Positions 60,648-64,000 of a DNA stretch of 64,000 bases are shown piece after piece; the first letter of the stretch is position 1, and each line of letters begins with the position of its first letter. A program made the position numbers and the translations under genes. Under the pieces are notes generated by a model that had not been told where the DNA came from, searched no databases, and saw only the letters and a list, made by a program, of their open reading frames with translations. The stretch is from contig CAWEMV010000002.1 in assembly GCA_963810285.1 (NCBI GenBank), forward strand, positions 2,869,643 through 2,933,642, read 5' to 3'. Source of the DNA: an uncultured Chloroflexia bacterium. GTDB taxonomy: Bacteria > Chloroflexota > Limnocylindria > Limnocylindrales > CSP1-4.

Positions 60648-61556
60648 GTGCCCGACGGGCCGGTCCTGCCGGGCGGCGGCGCACTCAACGTCGCGTGGCA
60701 CTGGGGCTCGCTCGGGGTGCCGTTCCGGCTCGTCAGCCGCGTCGGTGACGGCGAGGCCGGCATGTTCCTTGACATGCTCGACCGTCACGGTATCCAGCAT
60801 GTCCCCGCGTCGATCGTCGCCGCCGGCCCGTCGGCCTCCATCGACATCGAGTTCCTGCCCGACCGCCAGCCGTGGATGGACCACTACGTCCAGGGCGTGT
60901 GCGGCGACCTCCGGCTCACGGCCGAGGAGGAGCGCGCGCTCGCCGGCGCCCGGCACATCCACGCGATCCTCGTCGAGGGCGTGATCGCCGAGCTCGGCCG
61001 TCTCGGGTCGACCGGCAAGCTCGGCCACCTCGAGGTGGTCGCCGACTTCCTCGGGTTCCGCCACTACACCTTGGAGCGCTTCGCCGACACGATGCGATGG
61101 GTCGATCTGGCGATCATCGGCTGGCCCGGGTCGCCGACCGACGCCACGGTCGTGGGCATCCGGGACGTGGTCATCGAGCTCGGCAAGCGCGCCATCGTCA
61201 CGTTCGGATCGCAGAGCGTCCTGGCGGTCGACGGCACGCCCGGCGGCGGCGAATGGCACATCCCGGTCACGCCGGTCCCGGTCGAGGGGACGACCGTCGG
61301 CTGCGGCGACGCGTTCATCGCCTACTGCCTCGCGGAGTGGTGGCGCTCCGGCGACCTCGTCGCCGCAGTCGAGCGCGGCAAGGTGGGCGGCGCGTTGCCG
61401 ACCGCCTGGGTCCGACCCCTTCCGGACGAGGCGTACGATTCAACCCTGTTCGAGAGGGAGCGAGCGGGATGGACGCCCGGTCGTGAACGACATCAAGGGT
61501 TCGGACGTCAACGAACCAGATGTCGAGTCGACGGACACACCGGTCGTGACCAGTGA
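60648..61556 (+). CDS. PfkB-family carbohydrate/nucleoside kinase (N-terminus probably displaced by a frameshift; possible true start is the GTG at 60590)
   Basis: PGGGALNVAWHWGSLGVPFRLVSRVG, and the C-terminal TTVGCGDAFIAYCL (GxGD anion hole). Confidence 0.72.
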   Translation: MPDGPVLPGGGALNVAWHWGSLGVPFRLVSRVGDGEAGMFLDMLDRHGIQHVPASIVAAGPSASIDIEFLPDRQPWMDHYVQGVCGDLRLTAEEERALAGARHIHAILVEGVIAELGRLGSTGKLGHLEVVADFLGFRHYTLERFADTMRWVDLAIIGWPGSPTDATVVGIRDVVIELGKRAIVTFGSQSVLAVDGTPGGGEWHIPVTPVPVEGTTVGCGDAFIAYCLAEWWRSGDLVAAVERGKVGGALPTAWVRPLPDEAYDSTLFERERAGWTPGRERHQGFGRQRTRCRVDGHTGRDQ

Positions 61557-61572
61557 GGTGGCCACAGCCACG

Positions 61573-62094
61573 ATGGCGCCTGCCCGCGCGCACGTCGGGC
61601 CGCTCGTGGAGGCGGCGTTCGATGCCCACGCGGGCCGCCTCAAGGCCTTCGCGATCGCCGCGATGCGCGATGCCGATGCCGCGGACGACCTCGTCCAGGA
61701 GACCTTCCTGCGCTACGTCCGCCACGTCCGCGAGGCGGGCGAGCCCGACAACGTCGGCGGCTGGCTGCATCGCGTCTGTGCCAATCTCATCGTCAGCCGC
61801 GGGCGTCGCCAGACGGTCGCGGTGCGCAAGCAGTCGCTGCTGGTCGACTCCTCGGTCGGTGCGTCGCCCGAGGACCAGGTCATCCGCTCGGACGAGAGCT
61901 CTCGTCTCCGCGGTGCCCTCGACACGCTTCCGGCGGACGCTCGCGTCGCCCTGTTGATGGCGGCTGCGGGCTATTCGTCGATCGAGATCGGCGAGGCCAT
62001 CGGTCGGACCGCCAACGCCACCTCCACGTACATCTGCCGGGTCAGGATCCGCCTTCGCGAGATACTCTCGGGCGCCGGGGGCGCATCGCCATGA
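61573..62094 (+). CDS. ECF-type RNA polymerase sigma factor
   Basis: Region 2 is DAADDLVQETFLRYVRHV...WLHRVCANLIVSRGRR. Region 4 is ALLMAAAGYSSIEIGEAIGRTANATSTYICRVRIRLRE. The ATG at 61573 follows GAGGTGG. The ORF track opens at 61483, inside the PfkB gene. Confidence 0.8.
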   Translation: MAPARAHVGPLVEAAFDAHAGRLKAFAIAAMRDADAADDLVQETFLRYVRHVREAGEPDNVGGWLHRVCANLIVSRGRRQTVAVRKQSLLVDSSVGASPEDQVIRSDESSRLRGALDTLPADARVALLMAAAGYSSIEIGEAIGRTANATSTYICRVRIRLREILSGAGGASP

Positions 62095-62952
62095 ACGACC
62101 ACGAGACCTATCTGCTGCTGGCCGCGAAGCAGGTCGGCGAGGGGCTGACGCCCTCCGAAGAGGCGGAGCTGGACGCCCATCTCGCGACCTGCCCGAGCTG
62201 CCGCTCGTTCACCGCGGGGATGCGTCGCGACGACATCCTCCTGCGCGGACAGCTCGGCGAGGTGGCCGTCGCGCCCCGTGTGCGGCAGCGGGTCCTCGAC
62301 GAGGCCTACGGCCAACGCCGGCGGTTCGACCCGCGCATCGTCCTTGCCCTCGCTGCGACGCTGCTGCTGGGCACGATCGGCGCCACCCTATTCGTCGGTG
62401 GTCAGGCGCCCGCGACACGATCGCCGCAGGCGGTCGTCGATCCGACGCCATCGTCGACGCCGAAGTCCATCGCCGTCGCCAATCCCCTCCCCATCACCGA
62501 CTCCGACTCCGCCGTCACCGCCGCCGGGTGCAGGGTCCTTCGTCAGTGCTGCGTACGTCTACAACGAGCAGGTACCGCGTCGCGATTCCGTCGTGGCACG
62601 CTTCGAGGACGGGGAGCCGGCCGGCGAGTGGACGAGGAACCAGCCGCCGACGGGTCCCAGGAACTCGTTCGCCGGACCGGTGACCTGCCTCGTCATCGAG
62701 GGACGCGATGCGTGGCTCGCTGGACCCGCGACCACCGACACGGTCGGCGATACCCAGGCGGTGTACATCCACCTTCACGATGGCGGCGCCGATGGTGAGG
62801 GCGACGAAGCGATCCTCTGGAGGAACAACCCGGGTCAGAGCCTGACGACGCTGGAAGGGTGGTGCGAGACGAAGTTCATCCCGGAAGCCCCGTTCCCGAT
62901 CACCGCCGGCGACATCGTCGTCAGCGACGGGACCGCGACGCCGGCACCCTAG
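62091..62952 (+). pseudogene. Anti-sigma factor (zf-HC2 type, single TM, extracytoplasmic domain), with an apparent +1 frameshift near 62463
   Basis: Frame 0 encodes ...AHLATCPSCRSF (HxxxCxxC) plus the TM helix IVLALAATLLLGTIGATLFV, then degenerates into an Arg-rich tail. Frame +1 (ORF 62278..962952 region, i.e. 62278..62952) encodes a PS-rich linker and a clean ~150-aa domain up to 62952. Confidence 0.65.
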
Positions 62953-63227
62953 CGGATCAGGAACCCCAGGAAGATCAGCACGGCGCCCGCGACCGCGATG
63001 AGGCCCGCGATCCGCGCCCGACGTCGGTACTCGGCCATCGCCACCGAGGCGCCCGTCGGCCCGTCCTCGTGGGTGCGCACGCCACCCCGCCATGCCTCGT
63101 AGCGGTCGAGGTTCGCCTGCTGCTCGCGCAGCGCCTGGTAGCGCGACCAGGGCCCCCGCGCGCGGGTGTAGCCGATGACGACCAGCGCGATGCCGGCCAG
63201 CCAGCACGCGATGTTGATCACGCTCAT
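62949..63227 (-). CDS. Small 2-TM membrane protein (92 aa)
   Basis: Its ATG overlaps the gatB stop (ATGA). Two hydrophobic helices flank a charged loop. Confidence 0.5.
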   Translation of the reverse strand: MSVINIACWLAGIALVVIGYTRARGPWSRYQALREQQANLDRYEAWRGGVRTHEDGPTGASVAMAEYRRRARIAGLIAVAGAVLIFLGFLIR

Positions 63228-64000
63228 GCGTCGAGACGTTCTCGGATCAGCGTCTGGACGACCGACGCGTCGGCCTGGCCGCGGGTCGCCTTCATGACCT
63301 GGCCCACCAGGAAGCCGACCGCCTGGACCTTGCCGGCGCGGTAATCCGCGACAGCCGCCGGGTTGGCCGCGAGCACCTCGTCGACGGCCGCACCGACCTG
63401 GCCCGCATCGGAGATCTGGTGGAATCCGCGGTCGGTCACGATCGCGGCGACGGACTTCCCCGAGGCGACATGGGCCTCGAAGACCTCCTTCGCGTTCGAT
63501 CGCGAGATCGCGCCCTCGTCGACGAGCCGGATCAACGCCGCCAGCTGGTCCGGCGCGACCCGGAGCGCGGCGCCGTTCGGCGAGGCATTGCGCAGTCGCA
63601 GGTACTCGCCGGTGACCCAGTTGGCGACGTCGCGGCCGGCCACACCATCGTCGGCGGCGACGACGCGCTCGAACAGCCCTGCGGCATCTGGGTCCGCCGT
63701 CAGGACCGCCGCCGCATCGACGGCCAGGCCGAACGACGCCACGAAGCGGGCCCGCCGCGCAGCCGGCAGCTCGGGCATCTCGGCCCGCAGGCGTTCGAGC
63801 CAGGCGGTCTCGACCCGGAGGGGTGGCAGGTCCGGCTCGGGGAAATAGCGGTAGTCGTCCGACGTCTCCTTGGACCGCATGTGGTACGTGGCGCCCTTGT
63901 CGTCGGACCAGCCACGGGTCTCCAGGACGAGGGCTTCCCCGGCGTCTAACGCAGCGGCCTGCCGGTCGATCTCGAAGGCGATCGCCCGCTCGACCGAGCG
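63224..64000 (-). CDS. gatB: Asp/Glu-tRNA amidotransferase subunit B, C-terminal part (5' end outside the window)
   Basis: ...RSVERAIAFEIDRQAAALDAGEALVLETRGWSDDKGATYHMRSKETSDDYRYFPEPDLPP..., followed by the YqeY-like tail. The frame is open to 64000. Confidence 0.9.
   Translation of the reverse strand, partial: RSVERAIAFEIDRQAAALDAGEALVLETRGWSDDKGATYHMRSKETSDDYRYFPEPDLPPLRVETAWLERLRAEMPELPAARRARFVASFGLAVDAAAVLTADPDAAGLFERVVAADDGVAGRDVANWVTGEYLRLRNASPNGAALRVAPDQLAALIRLVDEGAISRSNAKEVFEAHVASGKSVAAIVTDRGFHQISDAGQVGAAVDEVLAANPAAVADYRAGKVQAVGFLVGQVMKATRGQADASVVQTLIRERLDA

Overview
This is a very GC-rich, densely coding chromosomal segment; third codon positions are almost all G/C. Several traits point to a Gram-positive-type bacterium: WhiA, CGAAC-N4-GTTCG SOS boxes, and many apparently leaderless genes. 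Actinomycetota or a related Terrabacteria lineage fits best, but the taxon is inference only. I count about 54 protein genes and one tRNA. I see no rRNA, CRISPR array, transposase or integrase.

The backbone is housekeeping and lies mostly on the minus strand:
- tpiA, whiA, yvcK, rapZ, tatC, tatA, pyrF, a PD40 propeller protein, recJ, secF, secD, uvrC
- uvrA and uvrB
- coaE, an ABC-F ATPase, mutM, polA
- an ECF sigma factor with two paralogous anti-sigma-like genes
- tRNA-Leu(CAA), dnaE, gatB

The accessory-looking content is:
- a secreted HYR-repeat protein
- a 1234-aa secreted fusion of a nucleotide pyrophosphatase and a 5'-nucleotidase
- a compact UvrD-family helicase with a small two-gene cassette next to it
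- a TadE / giant TadG-like / CpaB trio with no pilus motor in the window
- a 1207-aa multidomain copper-radical (galactose/glyoxal) oxidase
- a nucleoside-salvage neighbourhood (BMP-type ABC importer, nucleoside hydrolase, PNP, PfkB kinase, one unknown protein)
- a second ECF sigma/anti-sigma pair

I found no clear-cut novel defence or mobile system. The points most worth a second look are:
- matched SOS-box plus leaderless promoters on uvrA and uvrB, which relocate the uvrB start
- a repeated pattern of a TAnnnT -10 box 5-9 nt from the start codon, including two overlapping divergent -10 boxes in a 23-bp gap
- four apparent +1 frameshifts, all between 52.4 and 62.5 kb, while every large gene elsewhere is intact
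- the detached Tad-like module
- the two unusual secreted fusion enzymes

All family assignments come from motif recognition by eye. No searches were run.
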